Shown here piece after piece: positions 14,151 to 15,128 of a stretch of 15,128 nt of DNA. Location of the stretch: the NCBI GenBank assembly GCA_964392445.1, contig CAYMPD010000024.1, positions 1 to 15,128 of the forward strand. The letters run 5' to 3'. The position numbers and the translations under genes are program-made. The notes beneath the pieces are model-generated. The model was given only the letters and a program-made list of their open reading frames with translations. It was not told the origin of the DNA and did no database searches. The stretch's first letter is position 1, and the number at the start of each line of letters is the position of its first letter. Source of the stretch: an uncultured archaeon. Lineage in GTDB: Archaea > Aenigmatarchaeota > Aenigmatarchaeia > CG10238-14.

Positions 14151-15081
14151 ATCTCAAAATCTTCAGTAATAAGAGAACTTTCCGAATTAAAAAGAGAATT
14201 GAAATCAGGTGGCTCGTTAGATTTCTCCACTAGTGCAGCGGCACTAATTAGAGATTATCCTTTTGTGTTATCAGAAGAGCCTTCTATTGTACAGGAAAAG
14301 GGTATAGAGGAATTTTCCCAACTTCGTATGGATGAAATTCTTGAGAGAGCAGAAGATGTGTTCCATTCAAGGATAAATATAACTCCGCAGCTTGGTAGAT
14401 TGTTATCGGAGCCCCCAAGAGAAGTCGAGGATGAATTTATTTTAACCTATCCTTTATACAGATATTCAGGTTTCAGAAGAGCTTGTGAGGTCGGTTATAA
14501 CAGAGCAACAGAAACTAATAATCCGGGCCCTGCGCAGAGAGCATTTACTAGATTGGTTCAAATAATTAAAGGATTATATCCAGAAAGATCTCAAATATTC
14601 ATTACAAGATTATTAAGACCAACTGAACCCAGTTTTTATATAAGATTACACGATGATTACGTTAATGTTTTTGGGGATGAACTGGGCCATATAGAAGGTG
14701 ATTTAGAAAAGTTGGATAGACTAATAAATTTGATGAGATCTGGGACTGAATACTATTTAAGTTTCCTAGAATTAACTGATACATATTGCTACGGAGATAT
14801 TAGAATGAGTGCCTCTGAAGTCTTAAAGCAAACATACAGACCTCTATTGATAGGCTCTGATTCCGGGGAAGTTTCTAAAATGACTGAAGTGGAAATTACA
14901 TCCCAGTTAACTGGAAGAGAAAGAAATGATTTTAGATATGCTTTGGCTGAGTTAAGAAAATCGATGGATTTTCAAAATAATATAGAGCCAATGAGATTTA
15001 GAAATCCTTCATTTAGGAGATATTCGGAATATGGAATAAGACTGTTGATTAGGGTAGCTAGAGTTGTTAATCAAATTAGTC
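14151..15081 (+). CDS. Hypothetical protein (>300 aa), truncated at the contig end; start uncertain
   Basis: Open frame from 14151 (ATC after a GAGGTGA RBS) or TTG 14199. No family recognised. The apparent C-terminus IGRASCRERV* is encoded by adapter sequence. Confidence 0.7.
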
Positions 15082-15128
15082 AGATCGGAAGAGCGTCGTG
15101 TAGGGAAAGAGTGTAGATCTCGGTGGTC
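15082..15128 (+). other. Illumina TruSeq adapter contamination (not biological)
   Basis: AGATCGGAAGAGCGTCGTGTAGGGAAAGAGTGTAGATCTCGGTGGTC is the read-through sequence of the TruSeq universal adapter. Confidence 0.99.

Noticed and set aside
2642-14230. Other antisense or alternate-frame ORFs (2642-2932, 3884-4243, 5051-5275, 5324-5533, 5984-6211, 6799-7011, 8146-8433, 11370-11555, 12132-12326, 12881-13072, 14018-14230)
   Set aside because: All overlap better-supported genes. Most are F/L/S/I-rich, as expected for the reverse complement of K/E-rich coding sequence.
15085-15116. C-terminal IGRASCRERV motif
   Set aside because: It is the translation of the Illumina adapter.

Overview
AT-rich archaeal contig end, most likely from a DPANN-type archaeon. 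This is inferred from L35Ae, Dph6, TTTAAA-type TATA boxes 22-32 nt ahead of start codons and GAGGTG/AGGTG ribosome-binding sites; it is not a database result. Left to right: partial dph6, rpl35ae and a vapBC pair; a tightly coupled minus-strand four-gene unit (uncharacterised ~626 aa protein, endonuclease-IV-like TIM barrel with a >300 aa insertion, two paralogous nucleotidyltransferase-HEPN fusions); a hypothetical gene; a class I methyltransferase split in frame by an exact head-to-tail dimer of a 716 bp IS200-type element; a putative RiPP cluster; a stand-alone phosphohistidine swivel-domain gene; and a truncated hypothetical ORF that runs into an Illumina adapter. The best candidate for an undescribed system is the RiPP cluster. 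A 52 aa precursor missing from the ORF track (13547-13705, minus strand, ending GAA-CNCDCCHCD) has its own TATA box and lies directly upstream of a radical SAM/SPASM maturase and a B12-binding radical SAM enzyme. Also notable are the IS200 dimer, whose internal junction equals the predicted circle joint and whose guide and cleavage tetranucleotides can be read from the sequence, and the NTase-HEPN/TIM-barrel operon. All functional calls come from motif recognition by eye.
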